From Candidatus Multivoradales bacterium (GTDB taxonomy: Bacteria > Acidobacteriota > Thermoanaerobaculia > Multivoradales > JAHEKO01), in assembly GCA_965223155.1 (NCBI GenBank), contig CBDCVR010000013.1, positions 992,001-1,056,000 of the forward strand: a stretch of DNA of 64,000 nt, in the 5' to 3' direction. The notes under the pieces were generated by a model that was given only the letters and a program-made list of their open reading frames with translations, had not been told where the DNA came from and did not search any database. A program made the translations under genes and the position numbers. Positions 47,573 to 57,444 of the stretch are shown piece by piece. Numbering within the stretch: the first letter of the stretch is position 1; every line of letters starts with the position of its first letter.

Positions 47573-48990
47573 GCGTCCGCCCCGTCGATCAGGTGAGCGA
47601 TCGAGTTGGCGTAGAAGGCCAGAAGATCCCGCTCCTCGGGCACAACCCGGAGGCCGGCGTCTTCGTCGTCCACCACCGCCCGGCGCAGCAATAGCATTCT
47701 CAGGCCGACATCGATGGCGTAGTCGCCGTCGTCCCGCGGCAGGTAGATCTGTCCGCCCGCCCCCTGGATCTCCTCCATCAACGAGTGCACCGCGGCCTTG
47801 AGCTCGAGTCGCGAGACCGGGCCTTCGGCACGGCTCAAACACGTCGCCACCAGAGACACGGGCAGGACCGGAATCACCGCCGCCACCTCGTCCATGAGGC
47901 TACCGGCCAGCTCGGCCACGCGGGCAAATCTCTGGGAGCGGTCGAGGGAAGCGACCTCCACGCCGGCCTCCTCAAGATACTCGCGCAAGCTCACCGGCCG
48001 CCCGAAGCTGACGCAGGCGTAGCCGAACCGGTACCACTTGCCCTGGAGCCACAGCGCCAGGTTCTTGGTCCAGAACGCTAGCGTGGTCCAGGCGGCGGCC
48101 AGGCCCCGCTTGCGCTGTCTGCCGTCGGTCGTATCCAGGAGCAGTGTGCGGTCCTCCAGCACCCGGTCGTAATTGAGGCCGGCGGGCACGAAGACCACGT
48201 CGCGCGGGCCCGCGGGATCAAAGGACCGGACCATGTAGTCCAAGAGCCCCAGCTTGGCCTCGCCCAGGCGGCCGTCCCGGGACAGCCGACCCTCGGGATA
48301 CATGGCCTGGGTGACGCCCTCGCGGGTCGCCATCGCCACATAACGGGCCAGCACGCGGCGATAAAGCGGGTTGCGCGACCGCCGCCGCACGAAGTAGGCG
48401 CCCATGGAACGCACCAGACCCTCCAGGGGAAAACGTCGAGCCCACTCGCCGACGGCGTACGACAGCGCCGTGCGCTCCGCCACCAGGTACGAGACCAGGA
48501 TGTAGTCCATGTTGCTGCGGTGGTTCATCACGAAGACGATCGTGGAGCCTGCCGGAACCGACTCCAGGGCGGCGCTGTCGACCGAGCCCAGTCGCACCCG
48601 GTACAGCGCGCGCGCCAACCGGCGGGACAGCCAGTAACCGAATCGAAAGTAGACCAGGGCATTGAATGACGGCACGATCTCGCGCGCGTAGCGCTCCACC
48701 CGGTCCATGACCACGGCTCGAGGAAACTGCTCCTCGGCGGCCAGCCGTTCGGCGGCCTCGGTCACCTGGGGATCGAACAGCAAGCGATCGATCAGCACCC
48801 GCCGCTTGGTCAGCTTGAAGGGCTGGATGTTGATCTGGAGGCGCTGGTTGACCTCCTCCAGAACGCGGTTGACCCGCCGGCGCAGAAACCAGCGCACGCT
48901 GGGCATGAACAGCCGTTCCAAGAGGAGCCAGCTTGCGGCAGCCACCAGGACCACCACCAGCCAGCGCGGCAGCATCACGGGATCCGTCAC
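47569..48990 (-). CDS. Glycerol-3-phosphate/lysophospholipid acyltransferase (PlsB/PlsC-like)
   Basis: NHRSNMDY (Hx4D); GAYFVRR; YPEGRLSRDG. Confidence 0.85.
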   Translation of the reverse strand: MTDPVMLPRWLVVVLVAAASWLLLERLFMPSVRWFLRRRVNRVLEEVNQRLQINIQPFKLTKRRVLIDRLLFDPQVTEAAERLAAEEQFPRAVVMDRVERYAREIVPSFNALVYFRFGYWLSRRLARALYRVRLGSVDSAALESVPAGSTIVFVMNHRSNMDYILVSYLVAERTALSYAVGEWARRFPLEGLVRSMGAYFVRRRSRNPLYRRVLARYVAMATREGVTQAMYPEGRLSRDGRLGEAKLGLLDYMVRSFDPAGPRDVVFVPAGLNYDRVLEDRTLLLDTTDGRQRKRGLAAAWTTLAFWTKNLALWLQGKWYRFGYACVSFGRPVSLREYLEEAGVEVASLDRSQRFARVAELAGSLMDEVAAVIPVLPVSLVATCLSRAEGPVSRLELKAAVHSLMEEIQGAGGQIYLPRDDGDYAIDVGLRMLLLRRAVVDDEDAGLRVVPEERDLLAFYANSIAHLIDGADA

Positions 48991-49110
48991 GGTGGCCCGA
49001 TCTTAGTCTGCCGCGCACCGGACGGGCAGCGTCGGGATCGTGCTCTGTGGCGCTGAGCCGTCCCGCGCGTCAGAGAGAGGCTAGAATCGGCGCTTCGAGG
49101 AGGCGCCACC

Positions 49111-49926
49111 ATGTCCGACGAACACCGCATCGAGCCGGGATCGACCGTCACCCTCGACACGATCCCGACCACCGCGGAGACCTACCACTCCGACCGGGAG
49201 GAGGCCGAAGCCGAGTTCAAGGCGCTGCGCCGCGAGCTGGCCGAGCTCCAGCACCGACTCTACTCGGAGGGCCGGCAGAAGCTTCTGGTCGTCCTTCAGG
49301 CAATGGACGCCGGGGGCAAAGACAGCACCATCCGGCGGGTCTTTTCTCGAGTCAACCCGCAGGGTGTCCGGGTCGCTTCGTTCAAGGCTCCGACCAAGGA
49401 CGAGCTGGCTCACGACTTCCTCTGGCGGGTTCACAAGCAGGTGCCCGGCAAGGGCATGATCCGAGTCTTCAACCGGTCGCACTACGAGGACGTGCTGATC
49501 GTGCGGGTCGACCGGCTGGTCCCGGACGAGGTCTGGCAGGCCCGCTACGCCACCATCAACGAGTTCGAGCATCTGCTGGCCGGGACCGGCAGCCGGATCC
49601 TCAAGTTCTATCTCCACATCTCGAGAGAGGAGCAGCGGCGGCGCTTCCAGAGTCGTCTCGACGACCCTAGAAAGAACTGGAAATTCTCGCTCGAGGATCT
49701 CGAGAAGCGCAAGCAGTGGGATGAGTACATGGCCGCCTACGAAGCCGCTCTGGAACACTGTTCGACCGCGTACGCGCCCTGGTTCGCGATCCCCTCGGAT
49801 CAGAAGTGGTACCGCAACCTGGCGATCGCCCGGATTCTGGTGGCCACGCTGCGGGACATGGACCCCCGCTATCCCGAGATCGAGCCCGAGGTCGCGGCCC
49901 GGCTCGACGACGTCACGATCACCTGA
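49111..49926 (+). CDS. ppk2: Polyphosphate kinase 2 family (single domain, class III-like)
   Basis: LQAMDAGGKDSTIR; NPQG; FNRSHYEDVL; KNWKFS; PW..IP.D.KWYRN. Confidence 0.93.
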   Translation: MSDEHRIEPGSTVTLDTIPTTAETYHSDREEAEAEFKALRRELAELQHRLYSEGRQKLLVVLQAMDAGGKDSTIRRVFSRVNPQGVRVASFKAPTKDELAHDFLWRVHKQVPGKGMIRVFNRSHYEDVLIVRVDRLVPDEVWQARYATINEFEHLLAGTGSRILKFYLHISREEQRRRFQSRLDDPRKNWKFSLEDLEKRKQWDEYMAAYEAALEHCSTAYAPWFAIPSDQKWYRNLAIARILVATLRDMDPRYPEIEPEVAARLDDVTIT

Positions 49927-49967
49927 AACTGCCACCCGGCGCCGCTGCCGACTGGTAGAGTCTTGGT

Positions 49968-51131
49968 ATGCGCCGCTGGTCGATCCGGCTCGCGATTCTC
50001 CTGGCCCTCGTGATCGCCGCCTGGCTGCTCAAGGAGACGGTCTTCGCGCCGAAACCGCTCGAGGTGCGGCTGGCCACCGTGAGCCCCGGCCTGGTCGAAG
50101 ACACCATCACCAACTCTCGCGCCGGTACCGTGCGCGCACGCCGCCGGGCCAAGCTCTCTCCCGAGGTCGGCGGCCAGATCCTGGAGATCCCGCACCGGGA
50201 GGGCGACCGCGTCGAGGCCGGTGCGGTCTTGCTCCAGCTCGATGACGGCAGCCAGCGGGCTAGCGCCGAGCTCCGGCGCCGCGAGCTGGAAGCAGCCCGG
50301 GCGGAGGAGAACCGGGCCTGCATCGCGGCCGAGCGGGCCCAGCGCGAGACCGGCCGGCTGCGCCGCCTGGCCGAAGACTCCATCGTCTCGGTGGATCTCC
50401 TGGACCAAGCCGAGAGCGCCCAGGCCGAAGCCACTGCCGCCTGCCGCGCCGGCCGCGCGCAGACCGCCCGCGCTCGCGCCGCCGAGGCTCTGGCCCGCAC
50501 CGAGCTCGCCAAGACCGTTCTCCATGCCCCCTTTACCGGCGTCCTCGCCGAGATCGCGGTCGAGGTCGGAGAATGGACAACACCCTCGCCGCCGGGCATG
50601 CCGATCCCCGCGGTCATCGACATGCTGGATCCCGAGTCGGTCTACATCAGCGCTCCGATGGATGAAGTCGATTCCGCCCGCGTCCACCTCGGACAGACGG
50701 TGCGAGTCACGGTGGACTCGCACCGCGGCCGCACGTACGACGGTCAGATCTCCCGCGTCGCCCCCTATGTGCTCGACGTTCAGGAACAGAATCGGACCGT
50801 CGAGGTCGAAGCCGAGCTCGACGATCCCGGTCTGGCCTCCAGCCTGCTGCCCGGGACCTCGGCCGACCTCGAAGTGGTTCTGGAGGTCCGCGACCAGGTC
50901 CTGCGGATCCCCACGGAGGCCCTCCTCGAGGGTGGCCGGGTGTTCGTCCTGGACGGCGAGGTACTCGACGAGCGCGAGCTCGAGCTGGGCCTGCGAAACT
51001 GGAACTTCACCGAGGTCGTGACCGGCCTGGAAGCGGGCGAGCGCGTCGTCATCTCACTCGAGCAGGCCGGACTTGAAGACGGCCGCGAAGCGGTCGAGGC
51101 GCCCGCCGAACCAGCCGCTGGAAACGGCTGA
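49968..51131 (+). CDS. MacA-like periplasmic adaptor subunit
   Basis: N-terminal TM; lipoyl-like EGDRVEAG..L; coiled coil; APFTGV; LLPGTSAD. Confidence 0.9.
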   Translation: MRRWSIRLAILLALVIAAWLLKETVFAPKPLEVRLATVSPGLVEDTITNSRAGTVRARRRAKLSPEVGGQILEIPHREGDRVEAGAVLLQLDDGSQRASAELRRRELEAARAEENRACIAAERAQRETGRLRRLAEDSIVSVDLLDQAESAQAEATAACRAGRAQTARARAAEALARTELAKTVLHAPFTGVLAEIAVEVGEWTTPSPPGMPIPAVIDMLDPESVYISAPMDEVDSARVHLGQTVRVTVDSHRGRTYDGQISRVAPYVLDVQEQNRTVEVEAELDDPGLASSLLPGTSADLEVVLEVRDQVLRIPTEALLEGGRVFVLDGEVLDERELELGLRNWNFTEVVTGLEAGERVVISLEQAGLEDGREAVEAPAEPAAGNG

Positions 51132-51134
51132 GTC

Positions 51135-51872
51135 GTGTCCAAGGGCGCGCCGGTACCCGCAATCCGCCTGCGCGGAATCGGCAGGACCTTCGAGGTCGGA
51201 GGCAAGCCCGTACGGGCCCTCGCGGACGTCGACGAGGACATCGGCGCGGGCGAGCACGTGGCCATCATGGGGCCCTCAGGCTCGGGCAAGTCCACTCTGC
51301 TCAACATCTTGGGATGCCTGGACCGGCCCACCGCCGGCACCTACGAGCTTGCCGGGCGATCGGTGGGCGAGCTCAGCTCGGCCCAGCTCACCCACCTGCG
51401 GCGCCACGAAATCGGATTCGTCTTTCAGTTCTTTCACCTGGTGCCCAGGCTAACCGCGCGCGAGAACGTGGAGCTGCCTCTGCTTTTCGCCGGCGTCGGC
51501 CGCGCCGAGCGTGCCCGGCGTACGGACCGAGCGGTCGCGGCGGTCGGCTTAGCCGACCGAGCCGGCCACAAGCCCGATCAGCTCTCGGGGGGCGAGCGGC
51601 AGCGGATCGCGCTCGCCCGCGCTACGATCATGAACCCGGCGCTTCTGCTTGCGGACGAGCCCACCGGCAACCTCGACTCCAAGTCGGGCGCCGGCGTCCT
51701 GGATCTGCTGGACCGGATGAACGACGAGGGCCGCACCCTGCTGGTCGTCACCCATGACGCCAAGGTCGCTCAGCGCGCCGACCGGATCATCGTCCTCGTC
51801 GACGGCCGCATTGCGCGACGAGTGCCCGGCGACCGCATCTCGGAAGTTCTGGAGCTCCTGGCGGGCCCGTGA
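51135..51872 (+). CDS. ABC transporter ATP-binding protein (MacB/LolD type)
   Basis: GPSGSGKST; LSGGERQR; LLADEPTGNLD; VTHD. Confidence 0.95.
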   Translation: MSKGAPVPAIRLRGIGRTFEVGGKPVRALADVDEDIGAGEHVAIMGPSGSGKSTLLNILGCLDRPTAGTYELAGRSVGELSSAQLTHLRRHEIGFVFQFFHLVPRLTARENVELPLLFAGVGRAERARRTDRAVAAVGLADRAGHKPDQLSGGERQRIALARATIMNPALLLADEPTGNLDSKSGAGVLDLLDRMNDEGRTLLVVTHDAKVAQRADRIIVLVDGRIARRVPGDRISEVLELLAGP

Positions 51873-53110
51873 CGGAGGAAGCGAAAGCGGCCGCGGCGTC
51901 GAGCCGCCTGGCGCCTTCGGATCTGGTCCGATTCGCGGCGGGAAGCCTTGGCGGGCACGGCCTGCGCACGGTCCTGAGTCTCCTGGGGGTCGCCATCGGC
52001 GTGACCGCGGTCCTGGTGCTCACGGCCCTGGGCGAGGGCGCACGCCGCTATGTCGTCGACCAGTTCGCCAACCTGGGCACCAACATCCTGATCGTGCTGC
52101 CGGGCAAGACCGAGACCTCGGGGTCCTTCGGCGTGGGGGGCGTGCCCAACGACCTGACGCTCGACGATGCCCGCGCGGTCGCCCGGGAGTTGCCCGCGAT
52201 TCGCCAAGTCGCGCCGGTGACCGTCGGCACCGAGGAGGTTTCTGCCGGTGAGCGGCGGCGGCAGATGGCGGTCATCGGCACCACTCGCGAGTACTCGGCC
52301 GTCCGCGAACTGGAGATGGCCCGCGGCGACTTCCTGCCCGACGAGGAGATGTTCCGGGGCTCACAGGTCGCTGTCGTCGGTTACTCGGCGGCGCGCGAGC
52401 TCTTCGGCACCCAGGACCCCGTCGGGCAGATCGTCCGGGCTGGCGGCTGGCGCTTCCGGGTCGTCGGCGTCCTGGCTCCGCAGGGGACGACCATGGGCAT
52501 CAACTTCGACGACGTGACGATCGTGCCGGTGCAGACCGGCATGCGGATGCTGAACCGATCCTCCCTGTTCCGCATCGTCGCGCAGGTCCACGCGCACGCC
52601 GATCTGGACTCGGCCAAGGAGGCAATGCTGCGGCTCCTGACCGAACGGCACGACGAGGAAGACGTGACCGTCCTGACTCAGGACGCCGTCGTCTCGACCT
52701 TCGGGGCGATTCTCCAAACCTTGACCCTGGTGGTGGGGGCGATCGGAGCCATCTCGCTGTCGGTCGCCGGCATCGGCATCATGAACGTCATGCTGGTCTC
52801 GGTCTCGGAGCGGACCCGCGAGATCGGTCTGCTCAAGGCGATCGGGGCTTCCCGCCGGCAGATCCTGGGACTCTTCCTGGTCGAGGCGGTCATCATCTCG
52901 GCGGCGGGAGGACTCCTGGGAGCGCTGGTCGGCTGGCTGGTGGTAGGCCTCCTGGTGCGCCTGGTGCCGGCGCTTCCCGCCAGTCCTCCAACCTGGGCCG
53001 TGGGCGCCGCGTTGAGCCTGGCGGTGGTGGTCGGCGGCGTCTTCGGCCTGCTACCCGCCCGCCGGGCCACCCGGCTGGATCCCGTGGCTGCCTTGAGCGG
53101 CCGAGGCTGA
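51869..53110 (+). CDS. ABC transporter permease (MacB/FtsX type)
   Basis: RTVLSLLGVAIGV; GIGIMNVMLVSVSERTREIGLLKAIGA; PARRATRLDPV. Confidence 0.93.
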   Translation: MTEEAKAAAASSRLAPSDLVRFAAGSLGGHGLRTVLSLLGVAIGVTAVLVLTALGEGARRYVVDQFANLGTNILIVLPGKTETSGSFGVGGVPNDLTLDDARAVARELPAIRQVAPVTVGTEEVSAGERRRQMAVIGTTREYSAVRELEMARGDFLPDEEMFRGSQVAVVGYSAARELFGTQDPVGQIVRAGGWRFRVVGVLAPQGTTMGINFDDVTIVPVQTGMRMLNRSSLFRIVAQVHAHADLDSAKEAMLRLLTERHDEEDVTVLTQDAVVSTFGAILQTLTLVVGAIGAISLSVAGIGIMNVMLVSVSERTREIGLLKAIGASRRQILGLFLVEAVIISAAGGLLGALVGWLVVGLLVRLVPALPASPPTWAVGAALSLAVVVGGVFGLLPARRATRLDPVAALSGRG

Positions 53111-53124
53111 CCGGAAGAACGACC

Positions 53125-54321
53125 GTGATCGAGCTCCCCGCCCTCGCCATCAAGACCGTGTTCGCTCACCGGCTGCGCTCGCTGCTCTCGGTGCTCGGCA
53201 TCGCCATCGGCATCCTGTCGGTCATCCTGCTCACCTCCCTGGGCGAGGGCACCCGCCGCTACATGATCGAGCAGTTCTCCCAGTTCGGCACCAACCTGAT
53301 CGCGATCAACCCCGGCAAGGCCGAAACCTCGGGCATCCCCGGGATCTTCGGCGGCACCACCCAAAAGCTCACCCTGGACGACGCCGAGGCCCTGCACCGC
53401 ATCCCCGGCATCGAGCACGTCGTGCCTCTGGCCTTCGGCATGGCCCGAGTCGAGGGCGAGGGCCGGGGCCGGAGCGTGTTCATTTACGGCGTCACTCCGG
53501 CCATGGAAGAGGTCTGGCGCTGGTCCGTCGCGGTCGGGTCGTATTGGCCGTCGACGGATCCCCGGGAAGGATCCCAGCAAGCGGTCCTGGGCCCCAAGCT
53601 CAAGAGCGAGCTCTTCGGCACCGACAGCGCCTTGGGCCGATTCGTCAAGATCGGCGGCAGCCGATTCCGGGTGACCGGGGTCATGGAGCCCAAGGGGCAG
53701 ATGTTGGGCTTCGATCTGGACGACGCGGCCTTCATTCCGGTGGCAACGGCCATGCGCGTCTTCAATCTGGACGAGCTCAACGAGATCGATCTGACCTTCG
53801 CAGCCGGCCGCGAGGCGGCCCCGGTCGAGAACGCGATTCGGGCGCTCCTGACCGAGCGGCATGGCGGCAAGGACGACGTCACCATCACCACCCAAGCGGC
53901 GATGCTCGAGACCTTCGGCAACATCATGGACATCGTCACGCTGGCGGTAGGCGCCATCGGCGGCATCTCGCTCCTGGTCGGAGCGATCGGCATCCTCACC
54001 ATGATGTGGATCGCGGTCGGCGAGCGCACCAATGAGATCGGCTTGATCCGCTCGATCGGGGCCACCCGGCGTCAAGTCGAGGTGGTCTTCCTGACCGAAG
54101 CCGCCTTGCTGGCGCTGCTCGGGGGATTGGCCGGCGTGGGCACCGGCCTGGGCATCTGCGCTCTGCTCCGCACCCTGGTCCCGGGCCTGCCGGTTCACAC
54201 CCCGGCGGTCTTCGTGGCCGCGGCGCTCGTGATCAGCCTGGTGACCGGGGTCGCCTCGGGCGTCTTGCCGGCGCGGCGGGCCGCGTCCCTCGACCCGGTG
54301 GAGGCCCTCCGCGCCGAGTAA
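53125..54321 (+). CDS. Second ABC transporter permease (MacB/FtsX type)
   Basis: RSLLSVLGIAIG; ERTNEIGLIRSIGA; PARRAASLDPVEALR. Confidence 0.93.
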   Translation: MIELPALAIKTVFAHRLRSLLSVLGIAIGILSVILLTSLGEGTRRYMIEQFSQFGTNLIAINPGKAETSGIPGIFGGTTQKLTLDDAEALHRIPGIEHVVPLAFGMARVEGEGRGRSVFIYGVTPAMEEVWRWSVAVGSYWPSTDPREGSQQAVLGPKLKSELFGTDSALGRFVKIGGSRFRVTGVMEPKGQMLGFDLDDAAFIPVATAMRVFNLDELNEIDLTFAAGREAAPVENAIRALLTERHGGKDDVTITTQAAMLETFGNIMDIVTLAVGAIGGISLLVGAIGILTMMWIAVGERTNEIGLIRSIGATRRQVEVVFLTEAALLALLGGLAGVGTGLGICALLRTLVPGLPVHTPAVFVAAALVISLVTGVASGVLPARRAASLDPVEALRAE

Positions 54322-54332
54322 TCGGTGAGTGC

Positions 54333-54914
54333 CTAGGGGCCTTCGCTATAGCTCTCGACGCGGTATCGCCAGAAGCGAAGATCGTCCACGTCGTCACCGG
54401 GCCGAATACCCGCCTTTTGCTTCAGGCGGGCGACGAAGTCCTCCGAGTTTGCCACTTCGCTCCAGACCTGTGGCAGGAACGTTGCCCGCCGGCCGCCGCT
54501 GCGCAGGACGAGGCCGTCGACTCCGGGTCGCAGGACCTCCAGGAGCTCCGCTTCCGTGCACGGCGGCAGGGCCTCGGGCTCGCTCAGTACCGAGACCTCG
54601 ACGCGGATCCGACCCACCTCCTCCGCAGTGACCGGGGCAAAGCGCGGATCTTCGAAGGCCGCGGCCCGGGCATTGGCCGCGATGTCGGCGGCCAAGGAGC
54701 GGCGAGCAACCAGACTCCCGATGCAACCGCGTAGCTGGCCGTCCAGAGTCAAGGTGACGAAGCTCGCGGCTGGCCGATCGAGCCATTCGGCCTCGGCGCC
54801 GGCCGGCTCAACCGCGTCCGGAACTGCCGTACCCAGCTCGGCGGCAAGCGTCCGCCGCGCCACCCCCACGGTCAGCTCGCCCCGGCGGGACCGATCCGGA
54901 CAGGTACCGGTCAT
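54333..54914 (-). CDS. amrA: AmmeMemoRadiSam system protein A (AMMECR1 domain)
   Basis: FVTL..GQLRGCIGSL..AAFEDPRF..EVSVLS..ATFLPQVW; ATGA overlap with amrB. Confidence 0.92.
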   Translation of the reverse strand: MTGTCPDRSRRGELTVGVARRTLAAELGTAVPDAVEPAGAEAEWLDRPAASFVTLTLDGQLRGCIGSLVARRSLAADIAANARAAAFEDPRFAPVTAEEVGRIRVEVSVLSEPEALPPCTEAELLEVLRPGVDGLVLRSGGRRATFLPQVWSEVANSEDFVARLKQKAGIRPGDDVDDLRFWRYRVESYSEGP

Positions 54915-55723
54915 GGCGGATAGAACGCGAAGGCGCCGTAGCCGACGACCCGGTCGGATCCGCCGGCGGTGTCGCCCGAGTTGCGGAGATCGATCGCCCG
55001 TGCCTCGAAGCCCCTGCGCGCGGCCGACCTCAGCAAGCCGTTGATCGGCGCGGCGCCGCAAGCGTCTTCGGGACCGAGGGTCGCGTCACCGGCGAGGATC
55101 CGCTCGGCGGTGGCGCGATCGGCGGCGCGCGCCGCCCCGTAGGGCAGATAGTGCGACAGATCGGAGCTCACAACGACGCACACGTCGTCTCCGTCCCAGA
55201 CGGCGTCGAGCACCGCCGCGACCTGAGTGGGTGCGGCCACGCCGACCACGAGAGGCAGCACGGTGAGCTCGTCGGCCAACAGTTGCAGAAACGGCAGCTC
55301 GACCTCGAGCGAATGCTCGCCGGCGTGCGCCCGATCCTCGACCGTAACCGGCGCCTGGGCCAGCGCGCGCCGGGCCAGCTCGCCGTCCACCTCCACCTCT
55401 CCCAGCGGCGTCGCCAGAGCCTCTGCGTCGGGAAGCGCCAGACCCGAGAGCCGGAGGCGATGCGCCGGCCCCAGAAGCACGACCCGCAGCTTGCCAGAGC
55501 CTCCTGCGAGCCGCGCGAAGGCGCTACCGGCGATCTCGCCCGAGTATCGGTAGCCAGCGTGCGGCGCGATCAGCGCTCGAGGCGGGCCCAGGTCGTCGAG
55601 CCCGGCGCCCAGCTCGGTACCCAGCTCCAGGTAGGCACGGACCGCCGCGGCCAGCTCGGCGGCGTCGCCGGGATAGAACAGACCAGCGACAGCCGGCTGC
55701 CGCACCCTGTCGAGATCGGTCAT
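54911..55723 (-). CDS. amrB: AmmeMemoRadiSam system protein B (MEMO1 family)
   Basis: RQPAVAGLFYP; PHAGYRYSG; EHSLEVELPFLQ; SSDLSHY; NSGD..VVGYG. Confidence 0.93.
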   Translation of the reverse strand: MTDLDRVRQPAVAGLFYPGDAAELAAAVRAYLELGTELGAGLDDLGPPRALIAPHAGYRYSGEIAGSAFARLAGGSGKLRVVLLGPAHRLRLSGLALPDAEALATPLGEVEVDGELARRALAQAPVTVEDRAHAGEHSLEVELPFLQLLADELTVLPLVVGVAAPTQVAAVLDAVWDGDDVCVVVSSDLSHYLPYGAARAADRATAERILAGDATLGPEDACGAAPINGLLRSAARRGFEARAIDLRNSGDTAGGSDRVVGYGAFAFYPP

Positions 55724-55838
55724 CCCTGAGCGTCCTGAGCGTCCCGCCTTCGATGCTAGCACCGGGTCTCCGGAAGGCAGCTTCCGGTTGCGGAGCCCGG
55801 CCCACAGACCCGGCGGACCGAATGGCTCGGACGACGCC

Positions 55839-57341
55839 CTACTTGATCCCGACCGCCAGCTTGCCGATCGGTCGCGCGAAGACCAGATACGCCAGGCCGC
55901 AGACCGCCACGATCGTCGCCACCGTGCCGAAGAGCTCGGGCAGAGGCATGGCATTGATGTAACCGGCCACCAGCCCGGCGACCAGATTGCCCAGGGCCGC
56001 GCCCATGAACCAAGTGCCCATCATCTGGCCGACCAGCCGCTGCGGCGCCAGCTTGGTAATGCTGCTGAGCCCCACCGGACTCAGGCACAGCTCGCCCACC
56101 GTGTGCAAGAAATAGGTCGAGACCAGCCAGCCCATGCCCACCTTGCCCGGGTCCACGTAGTTCGAACCCCAGGCCAGCACGAAGAAACCGGCGCCCAGGA
56201 GCAGCAGGCCCAGCCCGAACTTGACCGGGATCGAAGGACTGCGCTCGCCCAGCTTGAGCCAGATCATGCCGATGACCGGCGCCAGCAGAATGATGAAGAT
56301 CGGATTGACCGACTGAAGCGCACCGGCGGTGATCTCGCTGCCCAGAAACGTCCGATCGGTGAAATCGCGGGCGAAGAGGTTCATCGACGAGCCCGCTTGC
56401 TCGAAGCCGGACCAGAACATGGCGGCTCCGAGAAACAGCAGCGCACAGAGTCCGATGCGCTTCTTCTCGGTCGCGTCCCGGCACACAAAGGCGATGACGT
56501 AGGTGAAATAGGCGATCGCCAGGACGACGACGATGACGCCGGTGGCCTGGGCGAACGACACCAGGGTGATCGGCAGCATGCCCGCCTTGCTCAGACCGAC
56601 CAGTGCCGCCACGGCGACGACGGTCCCGACCAGAGCCTGGGCGAACGTCTTCTTGGCCTGGGCGCGAACCGTGGGCTGGGCCGACTCTTCGCCGAGCTCG
56701 CCCGCGCCCTTGAGGTACTTGCCTCCGACCACGTACTGAATCAAGGCCAGGGTCATCCCGACGCCAGCCGCGCCGAAGCCGTAGTGCCAGTTCACCCAAC
56801 CGGCGCCGTCCCTGGGCTCGCCCAGGAACGAGCACACGATCGGACCCAGAAAGGCACCGATGTTGATGCCCATGTAGAAGATCGAAAAGCCGGCGTCCCT
56901 GCGCGCGCCCTTGTCCTCGTAGAGGTCGCCGACGATGGCGCTGACATTGGGCTTGAGCAGCCCCGTGCCGAAGACGATGAGAAGCAGGCCTACGTAAAAC
57001 GCCCAGTTCGCCGGAACGGCCAGCGCGTAGTGCCCGAGGGCGATCAAGATGCCGCCGTAGAGAACCGCTTTCTTCTGCCCCACCAGGCGGTCGGCGATCC
57101 AGCCGCCCGGCAGCGCCAGCGCGTACACGCCGAAGGTGTAGAGCCCGTAGATCGCCCCGGCCTTGTCCGGGTTCATGCCCAGGCCCTTGTTGGCGGCGTC
57201 GGTCATGAACAGGATGAGGAGAGCGCGCATCCCGTAGTAGCTGAAGCGCTCCCAGAGCTCGGTAAAAAAGAGCGTGGAAAGACCACGAGGATGGCCGAAC
57301 CATTGGGCGTCCGAGGCTGCGCTGGCTGAGGTCTCGCTCAT
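55839..57341 (-). CDS. POT/PTR family proton-dependent oligopeptide transporter
   Basis: FGHPRGL..FFTELWERFSYYGMR; GTGLLKPN; FYMGINIG; GELCLSPVGLS. Confidence 0.95.
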   Translation of the reverse strand: MSETSASAASDAQWFGHPRGLSTLFFTELWERFSYYGMRALLILFMTDAANKGLGMNPDKAGAIYGLYTFGVYALALPGGWIADRLVGQKKAVLYGGILIALGHYALAVPANWAFYVGLLLIVFGTGLLKPNVSAIVGDLYEDKGARRDAGFSIFYMGINIGAFLGPIVCSFLGEPRDGAGWVNWHYGFGAAGVGMTLALIQYVVGGKYLKGAGELGEESAQPTVRAQAKKTFAQALVGTVVAVAALVGLSKAGMLPITLVSFAQATGVIVVVLAIAYFTYVIAFVCRDATEKKRIGLCALLFLGAAMFWSGFEQAGSSMNLFARDFTDRTFLGSEITAGALQSVNPIFIILLAPVIGMIWLKLGERSPSIPVKFGLGLLLLGAGFFVLAWGSNYVDPGKVGMGWLVSTYFLHTVGELCLSPVGLSSITKLAPQRLVGQMMGTWFMGAALGNLVAGLVAGYINAMPLPELFGTVATIVAVCGLAYLVFARPIGKLAVGIK

Positions 57342-57444
57342 TCGAATCTCCAGTTGTTTGGGCCTTTCCGGCCGCGCAAGGATACGGCGAGACGACCGCC
57401 ACGGCAAGCCGCCGCCAGGCCGGCGCCACTGCGAGCCGGGGCTG

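Noticed and set aside
54333-55723. amrA/amrB without the radical SAM gene amrS
   Set aside because: amrS is often unlinked and cannot be judged from one window.
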